From Candidatus Omnitrophota bacterium (lineage in GTDB: Bacteria > Omnitrophota > Gorgyraeia > Gygaellales > Profunditerraquicolaceae), in NCBI GenBank assembly GCA_016867115.1, contig VGKG01000003.1, positions 64,673 to 128,672 of the forward strand: a stretch of 64,000 nt of DNA, written 5' to 3'. Made by a program: the position numbers and the translations under genes. The notes under the pieces are model-generated. The model ran no database searches. It had not been told where the DNA came from and saw only the letters and a list, made by a program, of their open reading frames with translations. Positions 9,072 through 17,966 of the stretch are shown in pieces (position 1 is the first letter of the stretch; each line of letters starts with the position of its first letter).

Positions 9072-10361
9072 ATGTTCTGTTACCAGTGCGAACAAACATC
9101 GGGGGGAAGCGGCTGTACAAAAATCGGAGTCTGCGGTAAGAATGAGGATATCCAGAGCCTGCAGGATACTCTTCTGTTTGGCCTCAAGGGTATTGCCGCT
9201 TATGCGTATCATGCCCGCGAATTAGGCAGCCGCGACGAAGAGGTAGACGCCTTCATGCATGAAGCGCTCTTTAAGACCCTGACCAATGTCAATTTCAGCC
9301 TGCAGGACTATCTGGAGGCGGTCTTAAAATGCGGGGGGATGAATCTAAAAATAATGGAAGTTCTGGATCAGGCGCATACCAAAAGATTCGGCAATCCTGT
9401 CCCGGCCGAGGTAGATACCGGGACAAAGGCCGGGCCCGGGATACTGGTGACCGGGCATGACCTGCTTGACCTTTATGAGTTATTGAGGCAGACCGAAGGC
9501 ACGGGAGTAAATGTCTATACGCACGGCGAGATGCTTCCGGCGCATGGTTACCCGGAACTAAGGAAGTTCAGGCATTTGGCCGGTAATTACGGCGGCGCCT
9601 GGCAGGAGCAGCGCAAGGAATTTAAAGATTTTTCCGGCGCGATCCTGGTGACCACTAACTGCGTGATGATCCCGCCGCAGGACTCTTATCTTGACCGCCT
9701 TTTCACCACCGGACTTCCCGGGGTAGAGGGCGCGATACAAGCGAAAAAGAGGGACTTTAAGGCTTTGGTCGAGAAGGCAAAGTCCCTTGCGCCTTTTCCG
9801 GAGGCGCCGGGTAAAAAAATCATGACCGGATTCCACCACACGGTGATACTCAGCCTGGCGGATAAGATCATTGCCGCAGTCAAAGCCGGAAAGATCCGGC
9901 ATTTCTTCCTGATCGGCGGCTGCGACGGGGCAAAGCCGGGGCGCAACTACTACACTGAGTTTGCCGAGAAGGTGCCCAAGGACTGCATAATCCTCACCCT
10001 TGCCTGCGGTAAATACCGCTTTAACAAACTTGATTTCGGCGCAATTGACGGGATACCGAGGCTTCTTGACGTCGGGCAGTGCAATAATGCCTATTCTGCC
10101 ATCCAGGTCGCTTTAGGGTTAGCCAAGGCCTTTAACTGCGGGGTGAATGACCTGCCGTTATCCCTTGTCCTCTCCTGGTATGAGCAGAAGGCGGTAGCGA
10201 TACTGCTTACCCTACTGCATCTAGGGATAAAGAACATGCGTTTGGGGCCTACCCCTCCTGCGTTCCTGACCCCCAATGTCTTTAAGGCGCTTCAGGAGAA
10301 GTTCAACCTTAAACTGATCACTACGCCGGATGAGGATTTAAAGGAGATTTTAAAGAAATAG
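9072..10361 (+). CDS. hcp: Hybrid-cluster protein (hydroxylamine reductase Hcp), short class
   Basis: Canonical N-terminus MFCYQCEQT...GCTKIGVCGK, GGCDGAK and CGK motifs; start set at ATG 9072, which has a GGGAGG RBS. Confidence 0.8.
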   Translation: MFCYQCEQTSGGSGCTKIGVCGKNEDIQSLQDTLLFGLKGIAAYAYHARELGSRDEEVDAFMHEALFKTLTNVNFSLQDYLEAVLKCGGMNLKIMEVLDQAHTKRFGNPVPAEVDTGTKAGPGILVTGHDLLDLYELLRQTEGTGVNVYTHGEMLPAHGYPELRKFRHLAGNYGGAWQEQRKEFKDFSGAILVTTNCVMIPPQDSYLDRLFTTGLPGVEGAIQAKKRDFKALVEKAKSLAPFPEAPGKKIMTGFHHTVILSLADKIIAAVKAGKIRHFFLIGGCDGAKPGRNYYTEFAEKVPKDCIILTLACGKYRFNKLDFGAIDGIPRLLDVGQCNNAYSAIQVALGLAKAFNCGVNDLPLSLVLSWYEQKAVAILLTLLHLGIKNMRLGPTPPAFLTPNVFKALQEKFNLKLITTPDEDLKEILKK

Positions 10362-10380
10362 GTATGTAAGATATTGTAGC

Positions 10381-10408
10381 TTGAAAAGATAGCAATATTT
10401 TGTATAAT
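10381..10408 (+). promoter_or_regulatory. Sigma70-type promoter (TTGAAA, 16 nt, TATAAT) for the tiny-peptide/SOR unit
   Basis: -35 at 10381-10386, -10 at 10403-10408. Confidence 0.45.
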
Positions 10409-10444
10409 ATGATTGTATCTGCGCTTTCTGACAAGGAGGTGGAT

Positions 10445-10507
10445 ATGAGTTGCGGAGGATGCGGACCAAAGAAACCGAAGAAGAAAGCAAAGAAGAAAAA
10501 GAAGTAG
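10445..10507 (+). CDS. Candidate 20-aa peptide MSCGGCGPKKPKKKAKKKKK (CGGC motif plus poly-Lys tail)
   Basis: Consensus promoter plus AAGGAGGTGG RBS 5 nt before the ATG; 66 nt upstream of sor; absent from the ORF track because it is shorter than 60 aa. Confidence 0.3.
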   Translation: MSCGGCGPKKPKKKAKKKKK

Positions 10508-10572
10508 ATCAGGCCCCATACCTGGCGAAAATAGCAGTTGCTGGGCGTGGGGCGATTTATTAGGAGGCCAAA

Positions 10573-10968
10573 ATGTCAGAGTTCAAAGATCTTTTACAGA
10601 GCGCGGACTGGAAAACGGAGAAGCATGTCCCGGTGATCGAGGCGCCGGCCAAAACAAAGAAAGGAGAAATGCTTAAAGTCGCCTTAAGCGTGGGCAGGGA
10701 GATCGCCCATCCGAATACCACCGAGCACCACATCCGCTGGATCACGCTGTACTTCCTTCCCGACGGAGAGAAGTTTCCCTGCCAGGTCGCCAGGTTTGAG
10801 TTTACCAGCCACGGCGAATCTGTGCAGGGGCCCAACACCAGCACAATATTCACCCACCCTGAGGTTACGGCCAGTTTGAAGACTGAGAAGAGCGGACAGC
10901 TTCTGGCTGCTTCATATTGCAATATCCACGGCCTCTGGCAAAACTCGGTAAAAATAACCGTAGAGTAA
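10573..10968 (+). CDS. sor: Superoxide reductase (1Fe-SOR, neelaredoxin)
   Basis: Near-colinear with P. furiosus SOR: EKHVPVIE, HPNTTEHHIRWI, YCNIHGLW Fe ligands. Confidence 0.9.
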   Translation: MSEFKDLLQSADWKTEKHVPVIEAPAKTKKGEMLKVALSVGREIAHPNTTEHHIRWITLYFLPDGEKFPCQVARFEFTSHGESVQGPNTSTIFTHPEVTASLKTEKSGQLLAASYCNIHGLWQNSVKITVE

Positions 10969-10987
10969 GCAGACATTATACGAGGAG

Positions 10988-11317
10988 GTGTCTATGATCA
11001 TGGAAAGGCTAATGGGTTTATGCGCGGTTGTTCCCGCCACTCTCCTGCTGACCGTCAGTTTCTTTGTCCTGGTCGTCATCCAGCGGATAGAAAAAGCAGG
11101 ACTCAAGGCTTTTGGTTATGTGGTAGCTGCGCTCCTCTGGTTGGGTGTAGCGCTGGTGGGTTCTCTGGGAATTTATACTCTGGCTACCGGCCGTCCTCCG
11201 ATGATGTGCATGATGCGCGCTAAGATGTGCGAGATGATGGTGTCCGGGATGATGGGCGTCAAAGAAGGCATGATGAAGCCCGGCCCCATGGAAAAGATGC
11301 CTGCGGCACAGAAATAA
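10988..11317 (+). CDS. Small membrane protein with a Met-rich C-terminal tail
   Basis: Two TM helices followed by PPMMCMMRAKMCEMMVSGMMGVKEGMMKPGPMEKMP (18 Met and 2 Cys in 40 aa). Confidence 0.5.
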   Translation: MSMIMERLMGLCAVVPATLLLTVSFFVLVVIQRIEKAGLKAFGYVVAALLWLGVALVGSLGIYTLATGRPPMMCMMRAKMCEMMVSGMMGVKEGMMKPGPMEKMPAAQK

Positions 11318-11341
11318 AAGGCCTGCTATAAACGCCCAATA

Positions 11342-13129
11342 ATGAACGGATTAAAACTTACGGTAAATGCGCTTAAGGTCCTTGAGCGAAGGTATCTTCT
11401 GAAGGATGACCGTAGACGCGTCATTGAGACGCCCGATGGGCTTTTCCGGCGTGTAGCCCGGCACGTCGCCGGGGCGCAAGATAATTTCCGTAGGCGCACG
11501 GTAAGCCGGCGGGAGGCAGAAGAAAGGTTCTTCGGCATGATGCGTTCCCTTGAGTTCATGCCCAACTCTCCCACCCTGATGAATGCCGGCACAAAGATCG
11601 CTCAGCTCTCCGCCTGTTTTGTCATTCCAGTTCCGGACTCGATCCCCAGGATCTTCGGCGCCCTGAAACAGATGGCCACGATCCACCAGACCGGCGGAGG
11701 AACGGGTTTTGATCTTTCCTCTCTGCGCCCCAAAGGGGACCTGGTCTATTCCACTAAGGGCGAAGCTTCCGGAGCGGTCTCCTTTATGAGTATCTTTGAC
11801 GCGGCGACCGGAGTGATCGTGCAGGGCGGCCGGCGCCGCGGGGCGAATATGGGGATCCTGCGCGTGGACCATCCGGATATCCTGGAATTCATCCGGGCAA
11901 AACTCAGGGAAGGCGCATTCGCCAACTTTAATCTCTCGGTCGCAGCCACGGACAGGTTCATGCGGGCCTGCTATGCGGACGGCTCTTATGCGCTGATCAA
12001 CCCCCGGACAAAAAAAGAATCCGGCAGGCTTAAGGCGCGTAAGGTCTTTGATTTGATCGTGGAGTGCGCCTGGAAGACCGGAGACCCGGGCATGGTCTTT
12101 ATCGACGAGATCAACCGGCATAATCCTACACCCGGGGTAGGCTCGATTGCCGCGACTAATCCTTGCGGAGAGCTGCCGCTCCTGCCTTATGAGAGCTGTA
12201 ATCTCGCCTCGCTTAACCTCTCTAAGTTCGTCGATAGAGGCGGAAAGATGAACTGGCATAAGCTTTCGGAGCGCATACGCTGGGGCGTGCGCTTTTTGGA
12301 TAATGTCATTGAAGTAAATAAATTTCCTCTGCCTGAGATCAGGAAGATCACCTTTGCTAACCGTAAGATCGGACTCGGGGTAATGGGTTTTGCCGATATG
12401 CTTATCCTCTTAGGTATACCCTACAATTCAAAAGTAGCGATTGATTTCTCCTGCAAGCTTATGCGCTTTATGCGCCAGGAATCGCTAAATGCCTCGCATA
12501 ATCTGGCCAGGGAGCGCGGGGTATTTCCGAATTTCACAAAATCTATATATGCGAAAAAGAACCTAAAGTTACGTAACGCCGCGGTAAACACCATAGCGCC
12601 CACCGGTACGATCAGCATTATCGCCGGATGCTCAAGCGGCATTGAGCCGCTCTTTGCCATCAGCTTTACCCGCAATGTTTTAGGAGGCCAGAAGCTGCTT
12701 GAGGCCAATCCCGTGTTTGAACGCGTAGCCAGAGAGCGAAAATTTTACAGCGCTTCTCTGATGGCCGAGATCTCAAGGCGCGGCTCGATCCAGAAGATAA
12801 AAGGCATACCCGGCGACGTAAAAAATATCTTTATTACGGCTTTTGATGTCAGGCCTTCCGAGCATCTTTACATCCAGGCCGCATTCCAGAAATATACGGA
12901 TAATTCAGTTTCCAAGACGGTGAACCTCCCCAGCCAGGCGCGGCCGGAAGATATCCGGCGTATTTATTTACTGGCCCATAAGCTTAGATGCAAGGGGATC
13001 ACGGTCTACCGCTACGGCACGAAGAAGGAACAGGTGCTCTCTTTTCCCGGCGCCGGAAGAAAGGCTAAGCCAGTAGTCGCCTCTTCGGTTTATTCCGGCG
13101 GCACCTGCGCCAGCGAAGTCTGCGCGTAA
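11342..13129 (+). CDS. nrdJ: Adenosylcobalamin-dependent ribonucleotide reductase (class II, NrdJ)
   Basis: ERRYLLKD...ETP N-terminus, NPCGE active-site motif, 595 aa. Confidence 0.8.
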   Translation: MNGLKLTVNALKVLERRYLLKDDRRRVIETPDGLFRRVARHVAGAQDNFRRRTVSRREAEERFFGMMRSLEFMPNSPTLMNAGTKIAQLSACFVIPVPDSIPRIFGALKQMATIHQTGGGTGFDLSSLRPKGDLVYSTKGEASGAVSFMSIFDAATGVIVQGGRRRGANMGILRVDHPDILEFIRAKLREGAFANFNLSVAATDRFMRACYADGSYALINPRTKKESGRLKARKVFDLIVECAWKTGDPGMVFIDEINRHNPTPGVGSIAATNPCGELPLLPYESCNLASLNLSKFVDRGGKMNWHKLSERIRWGVRFLDNVIEVNKFPLPEIRKITFANRKIGLGVMGFADMLILLGIPYNSKVAIDFSCKLMRFMRQESLNASHNLARERGVFPNFTKSIYAKKNLKLRNAAVNTIAPTGTISIIAGCSSGIEPLFAISFTRNVLGGQKLLEANPVFERVARERKFYSASLMAEISRRGSIQKIKGIPGDVKNIFITAFDVRPSEHLYIQAAFQKYTDNSVSKTVNLPSQARPEDIRRIYLLAHKLRCKGITVYRYGTKKEQVLSFPGAGRKAKPVVASSVYSGGTCASEVCA

Positions 13130-13141
13130 AGAGGGTTATTG

Positions 13142-14803
13142 ATGAACGAAGTTTCGTTTTTGATCGGAGGAAAAGCCGGGTTTGGCATTGATAAATCCGG
13201 GACGGTTATCGCCGGGATCCTGAACCGGATGGGATACCGGATTTATATCTACCGCGACTATCCTTCGCTTATCCGCGGCGGGCATACTTTTTCCATTATC
13301 CGGGCATCCAAAACCAGGGTTGCCTGTCACCTGAATAAAGTCGATATCATCTTAGCCCTGAATCAGGACACCTTTAATTTCCATAAGGCCAGATTAAAAG
13401 AAGATTCCCTGATCATCTCTGATTCCGATGTCGTGAAAATCGAAGGGGTAAGCAACAGGGTAATAGGCATTCCCATTACCGGGATGGTCAAAGAAGAGAA
13501 TGCAGCTGAAATCATGCGGAATACCTGTGTTATCGGAGCACTCTGTAAAGCCGCAGGCATCAGCTGGGATATCTTAGATGAGATATTCAGGAAAGAGTTC
13601 ACTAAAGAGATAGATATAAATTTAAAGATTGCCCGCCGGGGCTTTGACGCTGCCAGAGAGGAGAAGAGGATTGAAGGCTTAGGCCAGGCGCCGCTGGCCA
13701 TGCTTACCGGCAATCAGGCAGCGGGGCTGGGGCTGATCCGGGGAGGCCTTAAAACTTATATTTCCTATCCCATGACCCCTTCTTCGCCCATCTTGCATTT
13801 TCTTGCCGAGATGGCGCCGGATTTCGGCCTGAAGGTGATCCATCCGGAGAGCGAGATCGGCGTGGTCCTGATGGCCCTGGGAGCTTCCTACATGGGCGAG
13901 AGGGTTGCGGTCGGTACTTCAGGCGGAGGTTTTTGTCTGATGACCGAGGGCCTGAGCTTTAGCGGGATGAGTGAGCTTCCGGTAGTATTTATCGTCGGAC
14001 AAAGGCCAGGCCCGAGCACCGGACTCCCCACTTATTCAGCGCAGACAGAACTCCATTTTGTCTTAAATGCCGGGCAGGGAGAGTTTGTGCGTCTTGTGGT
14101 TGCGCCGGCTGACCCCGAAGAAGCCTATTACTGGTCAGCAGTAAGTTTAGCTTTAAGCCAAAAATACCAGATACCAGGGATTATTCTCACGGATAAGAAT
14201 ATGGGCGAGGGGACCTTCAACTTTGACCTTTCAAGCATGGGGGAGATAAGAGAAGAACCGCCGCTTCTCTGGGACAGAAAATCCGAATATAAGCGGTATC
14301 TGGATACAGAGAACGGGGTCTCGCCTTTGGCTTTTGTGCCGGATAGAAATGCTATTGTCAAGGTGAATAGCTATGAACATGACGAATACGGCATCACTGC
14401 TGAGGACCAGCAGATAACGACCCGGATGAATGATAAGCGGTTGCGTAAGGCTACGTATTTAGCCAAAGATCTGGAAGGATACCCATGCGTAAAGACCTAC
14501 GGCAATAAAGATTCTTCGACCGTCTTATTATGCTGGGGTTCAAATAAGGGAGTCTGCGTCGAGGCAGCGGAGAGAAGCGGCCTTAAAGTGGTCCAGCCTT
14601 TGGTACTTTGGCCTTTTCCGGTGAAGCAATTTCAGGATGCGCTTCAGGGAGTTAAGAAGTTGATCTGTGTAGAGAATAATGCTACAGGGCAGCTTACCCG
14701 GCTCCTTAAGGCGCAGGGATTTGGCACAGATAAACAGATCTTAAAATACGACGGCAGGCCTTTTTCCCTGGATGAATTGCAGGAAAGACTAAGCGGGGTT
14801 TAA
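13142..14803 (+). CDS. korA: 2-oxoacid:ferredoxin oxidoreductase, fused gamma-alpha subunit (KorA/PorGA-like)
   Basis: N-terminal gamma-domain GGKAGFGI, alpha-domain motifs, 554 aa; start taken at ATG 13142 rather than the TTG at 13139. Confidence 0.8.
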   Translation: MNEVSFLIGGKAGFGIDKSGTVIAGILNRMGYRIYIYRDYPSLIRGGHTFSIIRASKTRVACHLNKVDIILALNQDTFNFHKARLKEDSLIISDSDVVKIEGVSNRVIGIPITGMVKEENAAEIMRNTCVIGALCKAAGISWDILDEIFRKEFTKEIDINLKIARRGFDAAREEKRIEGLGQAPLAMLTGNQAAGLGLIRGGLKTYISYPMTPSSPILHFLAEMAPDFGLKVIHPESEIGVVLMALGASYMGERVAVGTSGGGFCLMTEGLSFSGMSELPVVFIVGQRPGPSTGLPTYSAQTELHFVLNAGQGEFVRLVVAPADPEEAYYWSAVSLALSQKYQIPGIILTDKNMGEGTFNFDLSSMGEIREEPPLLWDRKSEYKRYLDTENGVSPLAFVPDRNAIVKVNSYEHDEYGITAEDQQITTRMNDKRLRKATYLAKDLEGYPCVKTYGNKDSSTVLLCWGSNKGVCVEAAERSGLKVVQPLVLWPFPVKQFQDALQGVKKLICVENNATGQLTRLLKAQGFGTDKQILKYDGRPFSLDELQERLSGV

Positions 14804-14804
14804 T

Positions 14805-15656
14805 ATGGAACAGAAGGATCTAGGGACATATGCTCAGAATACCTGGTGCCCGGGTTGCGGCAACTTCGCAATACTAAACGCCATCAAGACGGTGCTTGGC
14901 GAATTGAATGCCGAAGGACTTCCGCTTGAGAATGTAGTCCTGGTCTCGGGGATCGGCTGCCACGCAAAGATAGTCGATTATATCAATGTGAACAGTTTTT
15001 ATTCTATTCACGGAAGGGTGACTCCTGCGGCAGAGGCGATCAGGCTTGGTGATCCAAAGATGAAGGTCATTGGTTTTGCCGGAGACGGGGATGCCTACGG
15101 AGAGGGGATCGAGCATCTGATCTTCGCTGCCAAGCGTAACATCGATATTACCATGGTCATCCATAATAACCGCGTCTATGGCCTGACTACCGGCCAATAT
15201 ACGCCCACCTCTCCTCAGGGCTACCGGGGCCGCTCTACTCCGGAGGGGACAAAGGAGCTGCCGATCAATCCTTTGGAATTGATGCTGGCAAGCGGTGCAA
15301 CGTACCTCGGCCGCGGGACATCCCACGGCATAGAGCTTTTAAAAAAGCTCTTTAAAGAGGCGATCCTGCATAAGGGCTTCTCCCTGGTAGATGTCCTGCA
15401 GGTCTGCGTCACTTATTTCAATATGTACGAATATTACGATAAGCGGGTCTACGAATTAAAGGATCATAATCCCCTGGATTATCAGCAGGCGCTGAACAAG
15501 ATCCGGGAGTGGGATTACAACCGGGATGCCCGGATCGCCCTCGGCACTTTTTATAAAAGAGGATCCCCTACTTTTGAGGAAGGCTTCTTTAAACAGGCCG
15601 TGCCTCCTCCGGAGAGGATGGAAAAGATAAGGCTGATTTTAGAGTCCTCAATTTAG
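14805..15656 (+). CDS. korB: 2-oxoacid:ferredoxin oxidoreductase beta subunit (TPP-binding)
   Basis: WCPGCGNF, GIGCH and GDGD TPP motifs. Confidence 0.8.
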   Translation: MEQKDLGTYAQNTWCPGCGNFAILNAIKTVLGELNAEGLPLENVVLVSGIGCHAKIVDYINVNSFYSIHGRVTPAAEAIRLGDPKMKVIGFAGDGDAYGEGIEHLIFAAKRNIDITMVIHNNRVYGLTTGQYTPTSPQGYRGRSTPEGTKELPINPLELMLASGATYLGRGTSHGIELLKKLFKEAILHKGFSLVDVLQVCVTYFNMYEYYDKRVYELKDHNPLDYQQALNKIREWDYNRDARIALGTFYKRGSPTFEEGFFKQAVPPPERMEKIRLILESSI

Positions 15657-15663
15657 CCCCACT

Positions 15664-15689
15664 TGTAAACAGAATAAGTATGATATAAT
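15664..15689 (+). promoter_or_regulatory. Promoter with extended -10 (TTGTAA ... TGATATAAT) for the rubredoxin-led O2-defence operon
   Basis: TTGTAA at 15664-15669, TGaTATAAT at 15681-15689, then a GAGAGGAGA RBS. Confidence 0.4.
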
Positions 15690-15728
15690 AATTTCTTCTA
15701 AAATAATACTCGAGAGAGGAGACTGATT

Positions 15729-15887
15729 ATGGACAAATACAGATGTACGGTTTGCGGCTATATTTATGACCCGGCAGCAGGGGATCCTACCCAGGGTATT
15801 GCTCCGAATACGCCTTTTGAGACTCTGCCGGAGAGCTGGGTATGTCCCGAATGCGGGGTGACCAAGGATATGTTTGAAAAAGCCTAA
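15729..15887 (+). CDS. Rubredoxin
   Basis: 52 aa; CTVCGY...WVCPECG tetracysteine motif; not in the ORF track because it is shorter than 60 aa. Confidence 0.9.
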   Translation: MDKYRCTVCGYIYDPAAGDPTQGIAPNTPFETLPESWVCPECGVTKDMFEKA

Positions 15888-15896
15888 AGGAGAGAA

Positions 15897-16748
15897 ATGC
15901 CCCGGACAATCACTTTTAAAGGCAATCCTTTGACCTTAGCCGGCAGGCCGGTAAAACTGGAAGCGCCTGCCCCGGATTTTTTAGTCACCTCGCAGGATTT
16001 AAAAGAAGTGCGCCTGGCTGATTTTAAGGGAAAGATCAAGATCCTCACCTCCTTTCCCTCCCTGGATACCCCGGTCTGTGACCTGCAGGTTAAGGAGTTT
16101 AATAAACGCGCCACCGGCTTTTCGTCAGATGTAGTCATAGCCGGGATAAGCAAGGACCTTCCCTTTGCCCAAAAAAGGTTCTGTGAGACCTTTGAGATCA
16201 AAGGTGTTTCCGTAGTCTCAGACTATAAGACTTCCTCCTTCGGGATAAACTACGGCCTGCTCATTAAAGAGCTGAATCTTCTGGCCAGGTCAGTCTGTAT
16301 CGTAGACAAACAGGATATTGTGAGGTATTTCCAGCTGGTGGGGGAATTGACCTATGCGCCCGACTATGAGGATGTGCTAAAAGCGCTGGATGCAGTCATC
16401 CGCAATCCCATCCTTACCCCTAGGCAAGAGTTGCCGGGTAAATGTAAGCCTTGTGAAGGCGGAGTTCAGACTTTACCTAAAGATACGATTGAGAAATTGC
16501 TCGCCCAGCACCGCGGCTGGCAGCTGGTCGAGGATAAAAAGATCAGCAAAGATTTCAAATTTAAGGACTTCCCGGAAGCAAAATACTTCGTGGATCTGGT
16601 CGCGGTGACTGCGGAGGAACAGGGGCATCATCCTGCTATCACCATCGTCTACAATAAGGTGAAGATCGCCCTGACTACGCACGCCGCAGGCGGGCTTACG
16701 GAAAATGACTTTATTATGGCGCGCCTGATCGATGAGCTCGGAGGTTAG
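15897..16748 (+). CDS. Fusion protein: thiol peroxidase Tpx (atypical 2-Cys peroxiredoxin) plus pterin-4a-carbinolamine dehydratase (PCD/DCoH) domain
   Basis: Residues 1-165 colinear with E. coli Tpx (PSLDTPVCD peroxidatic Cys, DLPFAQKRFC resolving Cys); residues about 190-283 carry the PCD signature E-x2-GHHPAI...TH. Confidence 0.75.
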   Translation: MPRTITFKGNPLTLAGRPVKLEAPAPDFLVTSQDLKEVRLADFKGKIKILTSFPSLDTPVCDLQVKEFNKRATGFSSDVVIAGISKDLPFAQKRFCETFEIKGVSVVSDYKTSSFGINYGLLIKELNLLARSVCIVDKQDIVRYFQLVGELTYAPDYEDVLKALDAVIRNPILTPRQELPGKCKPCEGGVQTLPKDTIEKLLAQHRGWQLVEDKKISKDFKFKDFPEAKYFVDLVAVTAEEQGHHPAITIVYNKVKIALTTHAAGGLTENDFIMARLIDELGG

Positions 16749-16750
16749 CG

Positions 16751-17254
16751 ATGAAAAGAATAGCGGTATTGGTCGAAGAGGCCTATCAGGTGCTGGAGGT
16801 ATGGTACCCGTATTTAAGGCTGCGGGAAGAAGGGTTCCAGACCGTATTAGTCGGCACCGGAAAGAAGGCCTATAAAAGCAAAGACGGCTATCCGGCTGAA
16901 GAGGAGCTGGCCATAAAAGACGCAGACCCCGCTGATTTTGACGCCGTGGTCATCCCCGGCGGCTGGGCCCCGGATTTTTTACGCAGGTCGCCTGAAGTGT
17001 TGAATCTTATCAGAGATATGGATAAACAGGGAAAGGTCATCGCCTCTATCTGCCACGGCGGATGGGTCCTGGCTTCTGCGGGGATACTAAGGGGCAGGAC
17101 CGTAACCAGTTTTTCGGCGATTAAAGATGACGTGGTCAATGCCGGGGCAAAGTTCCTGGATCAGGAGGTAGTGGTAGATAAGAACCTGATTACTTCGCGC
17201 AACCCCTGTGATCTGCCGGCCTTCTGTAGGGAAATTATAAAGGGGATAAAATAA
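16751..17254 (+). CDS. DJ-1/PfpI family protein (class I glutamine amidotransferase-like)
   Basis: ICHGGWVL nucleophile elbow, 167 aa. Confidence 0.75.
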   Translation: MKRIAVLVEEAYQVLEVWYPYLRLREEGFQTVLVGTGKKAYKSKDGYPAEEELAIKDADPADFDAVVIPGGWAPDFLRRSPEVLNLIRDMDKQGKVIASICHGGWVLASAGILRGRTVTSFSAIKDDVVNAGAKFLDQEVVVDKNLITSRNPCDLPAFCREIIKGIK

Positions 17255-17255
17255 A

Positions 17256-17966
17256 ATGACTCAGACCATCGATGCAAAAATAAAAGAAGTGATCCAGCGA
17301 ACCGGTAACGTAAAGAGCGTGCGCCTGGAATTGCCCGAGATCGCAGAATATAAAGCAGGGCAGTTCGGCTGCGTATTTCTTAAAACTGAGCCGGTCTGCC
17401 ACCGGTATCTCTCCATCTCCAGCTCTCCGACGGAAGAGGGATACCTTGAGTTCACCAAAAAATTAAGAGGGAGCGACTTTGCCTCCGGTTTCCTTAAGTT
17501 AAAACCCGGGGATGTAGTCGGCGTACAGTATCCGATGGGAAAGTTCACCCTGGAAGATAACGGGATGCCGGAAAAATGCGCCTTTCTTTCCGGAGGCATC
17601 GGCATTACTCCTATCAGAAGCATAGTGAAATCCGCGGTAGACAAGAATCTGGGCATAGATATGGTATTGATCTATGCCAACCAGACAGTAAGGGACATAG
17701 TCTTTCACGATGACCTGGAAAAGATGCAGGAAGTTTACCCTAAGTTCAGGCTCGCGCATGTGCTCTGCGAGCCGGCGCCGGATTTTAAATGTTCTGTCGG
17801 CCTGATCAACAGCCGGGTGATCAAGAATGAAATACCGGATTATTCCGAGAGGAAGTTTTTCCTCTGCGGCCCGCCGCCGATGGTGGAAGGGATGAAGAAG
17901 ATCCTGAGCGAAGAACTAAAGCTGCCCCAAGAGCAGATCGTCACTGAGAACTTTGCCGGGTATTAA
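17256..17966 (+). CDS. FNR-family FAD/NAD(P)-binding oxidoreductase (candidate NAD(P)H:rubredoxin reductase)
   Basis: RYLSISS (RxYS FAD motif), GGIGITP, C-terminal CGPPPM; no Fe-S domain. Confidence 0.65.
   Translation: MTQTIDAKIKEVIQRTGNVKSVRLELPEIAEYKAGQFGCVFLKTEPVCHRYLSISSSPTEEGYLEFTKKLRGSDFASGFLKLKPGDVVGVQYPMGKFTLEDNGMPEKCAFLSGGIGITPIRSIVKSAVDKNLGIDMVLIYANQTVRDIVFHDDLEKMQEVYPKFRLAHVLCEPAPDFKCSVGLINSRVIKNEIPDYSERKFFLCGPPPMVEGMKKILSEELKLPQEQIVTENFAGY

Noticed and set aside
11318-11341. Cobalamin riboswitch or NrdR box upstream of class II RNR
   Set aside because: The intergenic leader is only 24 nt, which gives no room for an RNA element. No NrdR-box palindrome was seen.
11351-12259. 302-aa minus-strand ORF inside the class II RNR gene
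   Set aside because: It lies antisense within a confidently identified gene. The product is Arg/Gly/Pro-rich, typical of shadow ORFs in GC-rich coding sequence.
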